Origin: a virus
Lineage: Duplodnaviria; Heunggongvirae; Uroviricota; Caudoviricetes
Strand: one strand, 5' to 3'
DNA length: 53,318 bases
IMG/VR virus record: IMGVR_UViG_3300033463_000040
Span: 1 to 53,318 of that record
The notes under the pieces are model-generated. The model did no database searches and was not told the origin of the DNA. It was given only the letters and a program-made list of their open reading frames with translations. Position 1 is the first letter of the stretch; the number at the start of each line of letters is the position of its first letter. The translations under genes and the position numbers were made by a program. Positions 37,045 to 45,468 of this stretch are shown in pieces.

Positions 37045-37299
37045 ATGGCACATATTATAGAGATCAAAACACCAAATTGTCAAAGATGTAAGCAGTTTGA
37101 GCCAGAATATCAGCAAATACAAGCAGAATTTCCAAATAATACTTATGATGTGTTAATTTTTGGTCAAAATCCAGAAGCAATGGAATATGCTACTAAATAT
37201 GGTATTAAATCTGCACCCACTTTTGTAATCGAACAAGAAGGTAAAGATACTATAGTAGTTAAACAAGAAATTTTACGTGATACATTAAAATCCTTATAA
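37045..37299 (+). CDS. Thioredoxin/glutaredoxin-like protein
   Basis: TPNCQRCKQF CxxC motif; KYGIKSAPTFVI cis-Pro motif. Confidence 0.8.
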   Translation: MAHIIEIKTPNCQRCKQFEPEYQQIQAEFPNNTYDVLIFGQNPEAMEYATKYGIKSAPTFVIEQEGKDTIVVKQEILRDTLKSL

Positions 37300-37305
37300 T
37301 TTAAT

Positions 37306-37821
37306 ATGATAAGCTTTGAAACTACATTTTTAGATTATCCTAATCCAGACGATCTCGCTGTTGTAGTAATTATGTCTGGATGCTCACATAACTGTTTAGG
37401 ATGTCAAAATCCAAAATTACAAGAATTACATGAAGAATGGACATATGATCAAGAACAATCTATTATATTAGAAATTCAAAAGTTGTGTTTAAGAAATGAG
37501 ACTAATAAGATAGTTTTATCTGGTGGTGATCCATTAAATCCATGTAATAGAAATTTAACTATTCATATTTGTGAACTTTTAGGTAATAATACAGAATATA
37601 AATATGATATTTGTATTTATACAGGATATGATATAGAGGAAGTTAAGGAAATGGGTTTAAATGGATTTACTTTTATTAAGTGTGGTAAATTTGATGCTCA
37701 TTCTATGCGCGAATCTAAAAAAACAGATGAATATATCCAATTTGTAAATACAACACAAAACTTATTTGATAAAAACTATAATCAAATATCTAAAGATGGA
37801 AGATACTATTTTACTAAATAA
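37306..37821 (+). CDS. nrdG: Anaerobic ribonucleotide reductase activase (radical SAM)
   Basis: MSGCSHNCLGCQN, VLSGGDP, IYTGY, IKCGKF...QFVNTTQ. Confidence 0.88.
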   Translation: MISFETTFLDYPNPDDLAVVVIMSGCSHNCLGCQNPKLQELHEEWTYDQEQSIILEIQKLCLRNETNKIVLSGGDPLNPCNRNLTIHICELLGNNTEYKYDICIYTGYDIEEVKEMGLNGFTFIKCGKFDAHSMRESKKTDEYIQFVNTTQNLFDKNYNQISKDGRYYFTK

Positions 37822-37835
37822 CATGGAGTATAAAA

Positions 37836-39590
37836 ATGACCGAAGAAAAGAAAGCGATTAAAATTAAGTTTCCTGAATTCGATAATAATATGGAAAATCC
37901 ATATCAGGATGAGATGAATAAGCTTATTGATGCAAATTTGTCTGATGCTACAACTACTCGTACTTTAAAAAATATTACAGAAACATTAACGAAAGCGCTT
38001 CGGTCTAAGTATGATATTAAAGATAAAGAAGTTTTAAAAGATAAAGTAAATGAATTACTTAAATTACATGGTTTATCTGCTGAAAATTTTGATCCATTAG
38101 CTAATATCTCCAAACAAGTATTTGGTAATCTTCAGTCTGTAAATGATGTATCTATTGATGATAATGCAAATAAAACAGATTCAAATATGACAGGTGTTTG
38201 TGTAGAATCATTTCTACCATATCAAAAATTAGCAGGATATGATTATTTATATCAAACTATTAAAGATTTATATGGTAAAGAAGAGGCTAAAAAATGTACA
38301 GCAGATATGTATGATTTTAGTCTTTTTTTAAACGATTCTACTAAAATCCTTATTCCATATTGTTATTGTATCGATGCTTCTAAAATTGTAACAGAAGGTC
38401 GTAATTTTGGTCAAGTACATTCTTCACCTGCTCATCGTATTTCTACTTATATTTCAGTATTAGGAGATACAATTCGTGAAATTTCCTTTAATATTGCAGG
38501 TGCTGTAGCCATTGGTACTTTCTTTATGGATGTTTGTCATTTGGCAATTTACCGTGAACGTATTGCTTTAGATGACCTTAGAAATGACAAAAAAGTACGG
38601 AAATCTATGGCAAATCATTTCCAGCAATTTATTCATACAGTAAATCATTATTCTCGTAATGCTGTAGAATCACCTTTTACCAATGTATCGTTATTTGATA
38701 AAAACAAATTAGAAGGTTTAATCGAAGATGATAATTATGGTTGGTATTTTCCTAAAAAAGCAGCAGTATGCGAAGATAATAATATAGAAGATACAAAAGA
38801 AGCTTGGAAAGAATTTGTTTTAGATTATATTGAAGAATTACAAGAAATTTATATTGATGTCTTCGATGAAGGTGATCCATTACGTGGTGGTTTACAATTT
38901 CCATTTCCTGTAACTACCTGTAACTTTGGTACTACTAAAGATGAAAGCGGTAATAATAAGTTAACATATGAAGATAATAAATTGCTTGATTATTTGACCA
39001 AGAATGCAGATATTTCTCGTTATAATATTTATGCTTCAGAAGGTTCAAAAGTTGCTTCATGCTGTCGTTTATTAAGCGATTCTGACTTTTTAGCATATGC
39101 AGGTGGTGTTAATTCATTTGGTGGTTCACAGGTCTCTTTAGGCTCACATCGTGTAGTAACTATTAATTTTGCTAGATGTGCTTATGAAGCCGAATCTTAT
39201 GATGACTTTAAAAAGATTGTAGCAGAGCGTGTTGCTAGAATGGGTAAGATTTTAAAAGCACATAAAGTTTTAATCTTAAAATTAGAAGAATTAGGTAAGC
39301 AACCTTGGATTTCTAATGGATGGATTGATATGTCTCATATGTTTAGTACTTTTGGTTGTGTCGGATATGTAGAAGCTGATAAGATCTTAAAATTTAAATT
39401 TGATCATATCGATTTTGATTACATGAAAGATTTCTTAGTGTATTTCAATGATGAATGTCAAAGAATTGCTACTCAAGAAAACATTATTTTTAATATTGAA
39501 GCAATCCCAGCCGAAGGTGCTGCGCCAAAGATTGCTAAAGCAGATAAACTAATTTTTGCTGATGAAAATGGTGATTACTTATACGAATAG
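37836..39590 (+). CDS. nrdD: Class III ribonucleotide reductase, catalytic N-terminal part
   Basis: PYCYCID, QQFIHTVN, PFTNVSLFD, FPFPVTT, SCCRL finger loop, GSHRVVTINFAR, IEAIPAEG. Confidence 0.88.
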   Translation: MTEEKKAIKIKFPEFDNNMENPYQDEMNKLIDANLSDATTTRTLKNITETLTKALRSKYDIKDKEVLKDKVNELLKLHGLSAENFDPLANISKQVFGNLQSVNDVSIDDNANKTDSNMTGVCVESFLPYQKLAGYDYLYQTIKDLYGKEEAKKCTADMYDFSLFLNDSTKILIPYCYCIDASKIVTEGRNFGQVHSSPAHRISTYISVLGDTIREISFNIAGAVAIGTFFMDVCHLAIYRERIALDDLRNDKKVRKSMANHFQQFIHTVNHYSRNAVESPFTNVSLFDKNKLEGLIEDDNYGWYFPKKAAVCEDNNIEDTKEAWKEFVLDYIEELQEIYIDVFDEGDPLRGGLQFPFPVTTCNFGTTKDESGNNKLTYEDNKLLDYLTKNADISRYNIYASEGSKVASCCRLLSDSDFLAYAGGVNSFGGSQVSLGSHRVVTINFARCAYEAESYDDFKKIVAERVARMGKILKAHKVLILKLEELGKQPWISNGWIDMSHMFSTFGCVGYVEADKILKFKFDHIDFDYMKDFLVYFNDECQRIATQENIIFNIEAIPAEGAAPKIAKADKLIFADENGDYLYE

Positions 39591-39599
39591 GAGTAAAAA

Positions 39600-40031
39600 A
39601 TGCGTAAAAGAAAAATGGAAGATATATATGCTAATCAATGGTGCAGTTTATGGGAAGATTTTACAATCTCTGAAAAAATGAAACGAGATGGTGAAATTAA
39701 TTCACTTATGACAGGTGGATCTATTGTTCACTATTCAGTAGATAGTAAATTAACTTCACAACAAGCTAAAAATATGATTATGAAAGCAATTGATGCAGGT
39801 GCAGAACATTTTGCTTTGAATTGTGTTTATACAGAATGTCGTGAATGCCATAAAGTAGAAAAAGGTAACTTTGAAATATGTCCACACTGTGCTAGTAAAA
39901 AATTAAATCATTTTTCTCGTGTAATTGGATATTTTTCAATTGTAGAAAACTGGAATCCTACTCGTAGAAAAGAAGATTTTCCAAATCGTAAGTTTATTAA
40001 AGCAGAACAACTTAAGGAACAGTTAATCTAA
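39600..40031 (+). CDS. nrdD: Class III ribonucleotide reductase, separate C-terminal glycyl-radical/Zn-ribbon part
   Basis: TGGSIVH, CRECH...CPHC, FSRVIGYF...NWNPTRRKED...R; own AGGAG RBS. Confidence 0.88.
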   Translation: MRKRKMEDIYANQWCSLWEDFTISEKMKRDGEINSLMTGGSIVHYSVDSKLTSQQAKNMIMKAIDAGAEHFALNCVYTECRECHKVEKGNFEICPHCASKKLNHFSRVIGYFSIVENWNPTRRKEDFPNRKFIKAEQLKEQLI

Positions 40032-40039
40032 ACTTCTCA

Positions 40040-40069
40040 AAAAAAGAGGTTGAAATATACCTCTTTTTT
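40040..40069 (+). terminator. Intrinsic terminator
   Basis: AAAAAAGAGGT-N8-ACCTCTTTTTT. Confidence 0.7.
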
Positions 40070-40085
40070 AATAAAAAGGTATACA

Positions 40086-40673
40086 ATGGCAAATCTTCAT
40101 TTCTTTTATGGAACAATGGCAGCAGGTAAAAGTTCTCATTTAATACAAGAAAGATATAACTTTGAACAAAAAAATGCCGATGTTTGGGTAATTAAACCTA
40201 AAGCTGATAGCAGGACAGAAGAACCAAAAATTACTTCTAGAATTGGATTAGAATGCCCAGCAACTATTATGAAAGAGATTAAATGGGAAGACATTATCCA
40301 AATGCGAGAATTTTATTCTAAAATATATATGGTAGATGAAGTTCAATTTTTTAAGCCAAAAGATATAGATAGTTTAGTCAAACTTGCAGATACATATGAT
40401 AGATTAATTTTTTGTTATGGTTTATTAACAGATGTAAACGAAAAGTTATTTCCTGCTTCTAAACATTTAATTGAAGTAGGGGCTAAATTACACGAATTAA
40501 GGACTACTTGTCAAATGATAGGTTGTATGAATACTGCAAATCATCATTTACGATATCATCCTTCTGGTTATTTAATTAGAGAAAGTAAAACTATAGATAT
40601 TGATGATGGACATGTTGTTTATAAATCTGTATGTCGTCAGTGCTATGACAGAGAAATGAGAAAAAAGAGATAA
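40086..40673 (+). CDS. tdk: Thymidine kinase
   Basis: FYGTMAAGKSSHL, IKPKADSR, ITSRIG, VDEVQF, YGLLTD, C-terminal CRQC; start set at ATG 40086. Confidence 0.9.
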   Translation: MANLHFFYGTMAAGKSSHLIQERYNFEQKNADVWVIKPKADSRTEEPKITSRIGLECPATIMKEIKWEDIIQMREFYSKIYMVDEVQFFKPKDIDSLVKLADTYDRLIFCYGLLTDVNEKLFPASKHLIEVGAKLHELRTTCQMIGCMNTANHHLRYHPSGYLIRESKTIDIDDGHVVYKSVCRQCYDREMRKKR

Positions 40674-40675
40674 AT

Positions 40676-40723
40676 TGGAAAAATAATATTTTATATAAAA
40701 TACTTTTTAGAGTTCTATATTAT
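40676..40723 (+). promoter_or_regulatory. Bipartite phage promoter; probably leaderless transcript
   Basis: TGGAAAAAT (G at 40677), GTTCTA at 40712, 6 nt, then ATG at 40724; no SD. Confidence 0.6.
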
Positions 40724-41386
40724 ATGTCAGATTCAACAAAACAGCATTATTTTAAAAATAGAAATACAAGTAAACGCGGTAAAAATCGTGAGTTATATTT
40801 TACTCCCGATTTTATTATAAAATTGATTGTAGATGATTTACTTGATACATATCCTGAATTAAGAGAAAAAACTTGGGTAGATCCTTGTGCTGCAGATGGT
40901 AGATGGGAAAAATATATTCGTAGTAAAGGTATAACTTGTAAAAGTTATGATTTATGCCCATTAGATTCAACCGTTATACAGCAAGACTTTTTAAATGATT
41001 CTTGTACTAGCTTAAAAGATTGCTTTATTATAGGCAATCCTCCGTTTTCGTTGTTAAAACCCTTTATAAAAAAAGCACTGTCTTTAACTGATCAATGCTA
41101 TTTTTTGGGAGGATCTCAGATTATTACAGGTAAATTATCTGATAAAGTAAAAATGCTGCATACATTTGAAAATTTTGAAGGTAATCAAAAAGATCATCGC
41201 TCTAAAATAGCCTTTATTGATACTTTAAATAATGATTTGATGGTATGGTGTTGTGGGGCAGTTTTTACAAATGATACACAACCTAACTTTGTACGGAATA
41301 AAATAATAACTCCTACAAATTTTAGAGTAGGAGCTACTAGTTTGTGCGAAAAAGATTCACGTGTTCATGTATTAAAAAAAGTATAA
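40724..41386 (+). CDS. Amino (N6-adenine/N4-cytosine) DNA methyltransferase
   Basis: YFTP, WVDPCAADG (motif I), QQDFL, IIGNPPF (motif IV). Confidence 0.75.
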   Translation: MSDSTKQHYFKNRNTSKRGKNRELYFTPDFIIKLIVDDLLDTYPELREKTWVDPCAADGRWEKYIRSKGITCKSYDLCPLDSTVIQQDFLNDSCTSLKDCFIIGNPPFSLLKPFIKKALSLTDQCYFLGGSQIITGKLSDKVKMLHTFENFEGNQKDHRSKIAFIDTLNNDLMVWCCGAVFTNDTQPNFVRNKIITPTNFRVGATSLCEKDSRVHVLKKV

Positions 41387-41389
41387 TCT

Positions 41390-41944
41390 TTATTTTAATC
41401 GAATCATTATAGACTTACTCATTTTAATACGTTCTTTTCGGCTTTTATTATTTGCATCTGTACCCTTATTACGTAATTTATTTTCAGCAACCGTAATACA
41501 ATCAATCCCACTTTCTTTTGTAAGTAAATTAAGTATTTCATTTCTGATGTATTCTTCATCTTGTTTATAATCAATTTCTGCTATTTTTTTACAAATATAA
41601 GCCATTGGTGCATTATGATCTAAATGAAAAATTTTTGCTTTTGGATTGCGAAACATAGCATATGTTTGTTGCTGAGTTGCTCGATTTTTCATACTTCTAT
41701 TTAAAACTTCATGTATAATCATTTCTTTATAGTTAGATATACCTAATCTTGTAAATTCATCTATGGCAGCTTGACTTACATATATTGGTAATATATCATT
41801 AGCTTTATATATAATTTTATTTAGTATACAACCATTTGCATCACCTCCTCCTTTAAGAAAGAAATCTGCATAATGTGTAAAAGTAATAGTATTTTGTAAG
41901 CGTACTATTGCAACAATAGATTCAATATAATCACAAGTTTTCAT
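41390..41944 (-). CDS. Hypothetical protein, possible HNH-like nuclease
   Basis: HLDHNAP...CITVAENK resembles a His-Me finger; convergent with the MTase. Confidence 0.4.
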   Translation of the reverse strand: MKTCDYIESIVAIVRLQNTITFTHYADFFLKGGGDANGCILNKIIYKANDILPIYVSQAAIDEFTRLGISNYKEMIIHEVLNRSMKNRATQQQTYAMFRNPKAKIFHLDHNAPMAYICKKIAEIDYKQDEEYIRNEILNLLTKESGIDCITVAENKLRNKGTDANNKSRKERIKMSKSIMIRLK

Positions 41945-41981
41945 TATTTTAACCTTTTTTTCTATTTAAATTACATTATTT

Positions 41982-42012
41982 ATTATATACAAATTTTATT
42001 AACTTGTAAAGC
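41982..42012 (-). promoter_or_regulatory. Sigma70-type promoter
   Basis: GCTTTACA-N17-TATAAT on the minus strand. Confidence 0.7.
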
Positions 42013-42026
42013 TATAATCGAATTTA

Positions 42027-42038
42027 GTTCTATAAAAT
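42027..42038 (+). promoter_or_regulatory. Phage-specific promoter motif GTTCTA
   Basis: GTTCTATAAAAT. Confidence 0.55.
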
Positions 42039-42119
42039 AAGGAATTATTATTATGCGCGCCGTAATAATAATATTCCTCAGATTTGATAAGGCGCTAATA
42101 AATACTAGAGGAAAATAAA

Positions 42120-42377
42120 ATGACAGCAGTTGTTAAATCTCATATTTATAAAGATGAAATGGTACATGCAGTATATTCTGATGTAGTAGAAACATTAACA
42201 GAACCCGTTGCAATGGCTGATGTAATTGCAGGCATTGAAGTTGAATCTGGTGAATCTGTTCCAGATGTTAAAGAATTGCGTTCTTTCCGTACATCTGCAA
42301 AGAAAATTTTGTTCGGTGCAGATGCTGGTAAATTAGCAGTTCGTGCTGTACTACGTTATGTACCAGTTACTGAATAA
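42120..42377 (+). CDS. Small hypothetical protein, possibly highly expressed
   Basis: 85 aa, GAGGA RBS, own promoter and terminator, CGT/GCA/GTT-rich codons. Confidence 0.65.
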   Translation: MTAVVKSHIYKDEMVHAVYSDVVETLTEPVAMADVIAGIEVESGESVPDVKELRSFRTSAKKILFGADAGKLAVRAVLRYVPVTE

Positions 42378-42397
42378 TTTTATGTTTAGTATAAATT

Positions 42398-42425
42398 AAA
42401 ACCTCCTTTATTCGGAGGTTTTTTT
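42398..42425. terminator. Bidirectional intrinsic terminator
   Basis: AAAACCTCC-TTTATTC-GGAGGTTTT between convergent genes. Confidence 0.8.
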
Positions 42426-42428
42426 ATC

Positions 42429-43217
42429 TTAAAAATATTTTTCTTTTTTATGTATTTTAATATTTTGTAACTCATATTTACAAGGTTGAGATAAAGTATT
42501 ATTTAATAAAGTATTTAGATCTTTAAACTTGCTATTATTTACAATATTATCTGCTACAGATAACCAACCACATATTTTAAGTAAATCTAAAGAATCATCT
42601 CTTTTTTCTGTAACTTTAACATCAAATGATAATATAAAAGGTTTTTTTGGTTTATCGTAATTTTTATATAAAGTTCGTTTATGTAATACTTTTGAAGTTT
42701 TCATAAATTCTTGAACAAGTGGTAAATTAATTACTTCTAAAAATTTTTGTTTATTAATTTTTATAGGTAAATGTGCTTCATATGAATATAAAGGTTTTCT
42801 AATGCCTAATTCATTTAATAAATTCTTTATATGAGCAAATCCATCTGCCCAACCACCAACATGTGATTTATACCTAATAATAATATCATCTAATTTTCCT
42901 AGATTAGAATCAATTACTTTTTCTAACGGTAAAATTGGACTAATTGCAAAAAAATCATCATTCATTAAGATAAAATTATCTGAAATATTTGGGCATTCAC
43001 AAGCTTTGATTACATTTAAAGTAGAATTAGCCCATTTTGTTCCTTTTTGTTCAACCGGAAGATATTCCACATTTGTAACCCAAGCTGGCTTATATCCAAT
43101 AATCCATACTTTATTATTAGGATAATATTTAGCAATCGATCTAAGAGAATATCTTAAATCTATACCTTTTTCGCCAGGTTTAATTATATATACAAAATCC
43201 ATATTATTTGTATTCAT
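42429..43217 (-). CDS. Stealth-family-like sugar-phosphate transferase
   Basis: MDFVY (CR1-like), DLRYSLRSI (CR2-like), FILMNDDFF. Confidence 0.65.
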   Translation of the reverse strand: MNTNNMDFVYIIKPGEKGIDLRYSLRSIAKYYPNNKVWIIGYKPAWVTNVEYLPVEQKGTKWANSTLNVIKACECPNISDNFILMNDDFFAISPILPLEKVIDSNLGKLDDIIIRYKSHVGGWADGFAHIKNLLNELGIRKPLYSYEAHLPIKINKQKFLEVINLPLVQEFMKTSKVLHKRTLYKNYDKPKKPFILSFDVKVTEKRDDSLDLLKICGWLSVADNIVNNSKFKDLNTLLNNTLSQPCKYELQNIKIHKKEKYF

Positions 43218-43957
43218 TAAAAATACCTATCTCTTTTTTTCTTTAATTTAGAAAGATGCATTTCTGTATATAATTTTCTATGCACTGCTAAAATTGTAGC
43301 ATTAATTTGTAATCTTTCTTCTGTTTTGATAGTATTACATAAATTAGTTTCATGCGCTCTATAATAATATAATGGTTCAAGAATACTTTTTATTGGCATC
43401 CTTTCTAATATTTGTAAATGAAAATCAAAATCTTCACACATTTTATAATTTTCATTAATAGCTATTTCTGACAACAAAGAAGTCCTAAACATCATTCCAC
43501 CGGCATATCCGTAACCATTAATCTTTCCAAATAATACAGATTTTAAATTCCACTGCACTGGTCTATGTATATACTGTTGTCTTTTACCAAATCTTTTTAA
43601 TTCACAACATACCGCCCCATAATTAGGATTATTTTCTAAAAAAGTTACTTCTTTTTCTATCAAAGTTGGATCTATTATATCGTCACTATCTATTCTAACT
43701 ACATATTTACCCGTTGCTAAATTAAATACTTTTTGTGCAGTTTTATTCATTCCTAAATTAGTTTTGTTTCTTACTAATTTAATCTTTGGAGATAATTTTT
43801 TTATATAATTATATTTTATGTTAGGAGAACAATCATCGATAAAAATAATTTCCAAATTTTGATATGTTTGATTTAGTATGCTTTCAATACATTCATTAAC
43901 ATATTCTTTTTTTATATCATATAATAAAGAAACTATTGAAACTAATGGTTGTTCCAT
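43217..43957 (-). CDS. Glycosyltransferase family 2
   Basis: LVSIV, ECIESILNQTYQNLEIIFIDDCS, RIDSDD (DxD), EDFDF. Confidence 0.9.
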   Translation of the reverse strand: MEQPLVSIVSLLYDIKKEYVNECIESILNQTYQNLEIIFIDDCSPNIKYNYIKKLSPKIKLVRNKTNLGMNKTAQKVFNLATGKYVVRIDSDDIIDPTLIEKEVTFLENNPNYGAVCCELKRFGKRQQYIHRPVQWNLKSVLFGKINGYGYAGGMMFRTSLLSEIAINENYKMCEDFDFHLQILERMPIKSILEPLYYYRAHETNLCNTIKTEERLQINATILAVHRKLYTEMHLSKLKKKRDRYF

Positions 43958-43975
43958 CTTAAAACCTTTGGTAAT

Positions 43976-44003
43976 AAAAAACCTAAGAATTACTCCTTAG
44001 GTT
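43976..44003 (-). terminator. Intrinsic terminator overlapped by a GTTCTA promoter
   Basis: Minus strand AACCTAAGGA-GTAA-TTCTTAGGTT-TTTT; GTTCTA at 44010-44005. Confidence 0.65.
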
Positions 44004-44011
44004 ATAGAACT

Positions 44012-44896
44012 TTATAGTTCAATAGGTGTACTTTCTTTTATTTCTTTTTCATCTTGCTCATGCTTTAAATATTCATAAATAAGTTCATTTGTATAAACTT
44101 CATTTTCAAGTACATCCATTTTACGCTTAGCGATTTTAAAATCACCTGCTGTAATATACTTTAATTCTTTTAATTGTTCTTTAGTTAAACTAAAATCTTT
44201 ACCGAAATAAGTTTTAATTCCAGATACCACATTCTTTTCTTGCATATAATCATATTTAATTTTAAATAAGAATCTACGCAAAGAAGCAGGATCAAGCTTA
44301 GATTTTAAATTAGTAGTCATAATAAATGGATAAGGATGATCTTCCATTTGTGTTAATACTTCATTTGTAGCTGCGCATTCAAAATCTCTTTCAGCTTTTC
44401 TTCTATCAAATAAGAAAGTATCTGCTTCATCTAATAATAAAATAGCTTTCTTTTCTTTTGCTTCCTTAAATGCCATACGAATATTCTTTTCGGTAGCACC
44501 AACCCATTTATCAATAAGATCAGATGCACGGCGTTTAATAATAGGCATACCCAATTCTTGTGCTAAATATTGTCCATAATATGACTTTCCAGACCCAGAT
44601 TCACCATATAATAAAATACCATAATCTGTATGTTTAGAAGCTTTTAATTTTTTAGTCAATTCTTTTAAATCTGTATTACAATTAACCATACCAAAATCAA
44701 ATTTAATCTTTTCTTTTGGTACTTCTGGTTCATCTTGCTCTTTAGTTGGCATACTACCTGAGCCACCATTTTGAATATCCTTTTGAATAGCTTCCCGAAT
44801 TTCTGGTGGTAATAAATCCAATACACGAGGATCATCAATACCCTGTACAATAATACGAACGAAATTTGGATCTGTTGGATTATTATTGTTTGCCAT
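44012..44896 (-). CDS. AAA+ ATPase
   Basis: ILLYGESGSGKS, LLLDEAD, MTTN, DPASLRRF arginine finger. Confidence 0.88.
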   Translation of the reverse strand: MANNNNPTDPNFVRIIVQGIDDPRVLDLLPPEIREAIQKDIQNGGSGSMPTKEQDEPEVPKEKIKFDFGMVNCNTDLKELTKKLKASKHTDYGILLYGESGSGKSYYGQYLAQELGMPIIKRRASDLIDKWVGATEKNIRMAFKEAKEKKAILLLDEADTFLFDRRKAERDFECAATNEVLTQMEDHPYPFIMTTNLKSKLDPASLRRFLFKIKYDYMQEKNVVSGIKTYFGKDFSLTKEQLKELKYITAGDFKIAKRKMDVLENEVYTNELIYEYLKHEQDEKEIKESTPIEL

Positions 44897-44908
44897 TTAT
44901 ATACTCCG

Positions 44909-45334
44909 TTATTCTGTTAAACTTTTAGCTAATGCTTGTATTTTTTTCAAAGTTTCTTCTGCTTTAATTAAATTATCTTTACCAAAGGTAGCTATTTCTA
45001 CTTTGGTTTCATTAGAAATCTTTTCATTATTAAGACATGTATGTAAAGCTTCACTTAATTCAATCATAGCTTTACCATAATTATTAATACATGTATCTAG
45101 ATGTAAAAATAATTCTAATTTATCTTTAACTGAAAAGCATTTCATTACTTCTACAACGTGTTCTCTTCTTTCTATTAGAATATCTGACCAAGCCTCTATT
45201 TGACTATAAAATTTGTCTAATTCTTCTTTTGTTGGTTTTTCTGAAATATCAACATTTAGAATTAATTGTTTTAAGTTTTTTAAATGCTTATCAAGTAACA
45301 TTTTTTGTTTTTTACGTTTAAGCCAGTTAAACAT
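44909..45334 (-). CDS. Hypothetical helical protein
   Basis: 141 aa with AAGGA RBS and its own sigma70-type promoter. Confidence 0.6.
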   Translation of the reverse strand: MFNWLKRKKQKMLLDKHLKNLKQLILNVDISEKPTKEELDKFYSQIEAWSDILIERREHVVEVMKCFSVKDKLELFLHLDTCINNYGKAMIELSEALHTCLNNEKISNETKVEIATFGKDNLIKAEETLKKIQALAKSLTE

Positions 45335-45361
45335 AGGTTATTCCTTTATCTTATATTTATA

Positions 45362-45392
45362 ATTATATACAAAATTAAAGGTAAAGTAAAGC
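45362..45392 (-). promoter_or_regulatory. Sigma70-type promoter
   Basis: GCTTTACT-N17-TATAAT on the minus strand. Confidence 0.7.
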
Positions 45393-45399
45393 AATAAAA

Positions 45400-45432
45400 T
45401 TTATACCCCAAATATAGAGTTTGGGGTATAAA
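45400..45432 (-). terminator. Intrinsic terminator
   Basis: TTTATACCCCAAA / TTTGGGGTATAAA 13-bp stem downstream of the Hsp20 gene. Confidence 0.75.
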
Positions 45433-45468
45433 CTATGCTCCTTTTTAGCCTCCTTTTAAGCTCTATAA

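Noticed and set aside
39588-39599. Amber recoding or readthrough as the explanation for the nrdD split
   Set aside because: The TAG is followed two codons later by an in-frame TAA, long genes elsewhere read through without internal TAG in code 11, and TAG ends other genes (28751)
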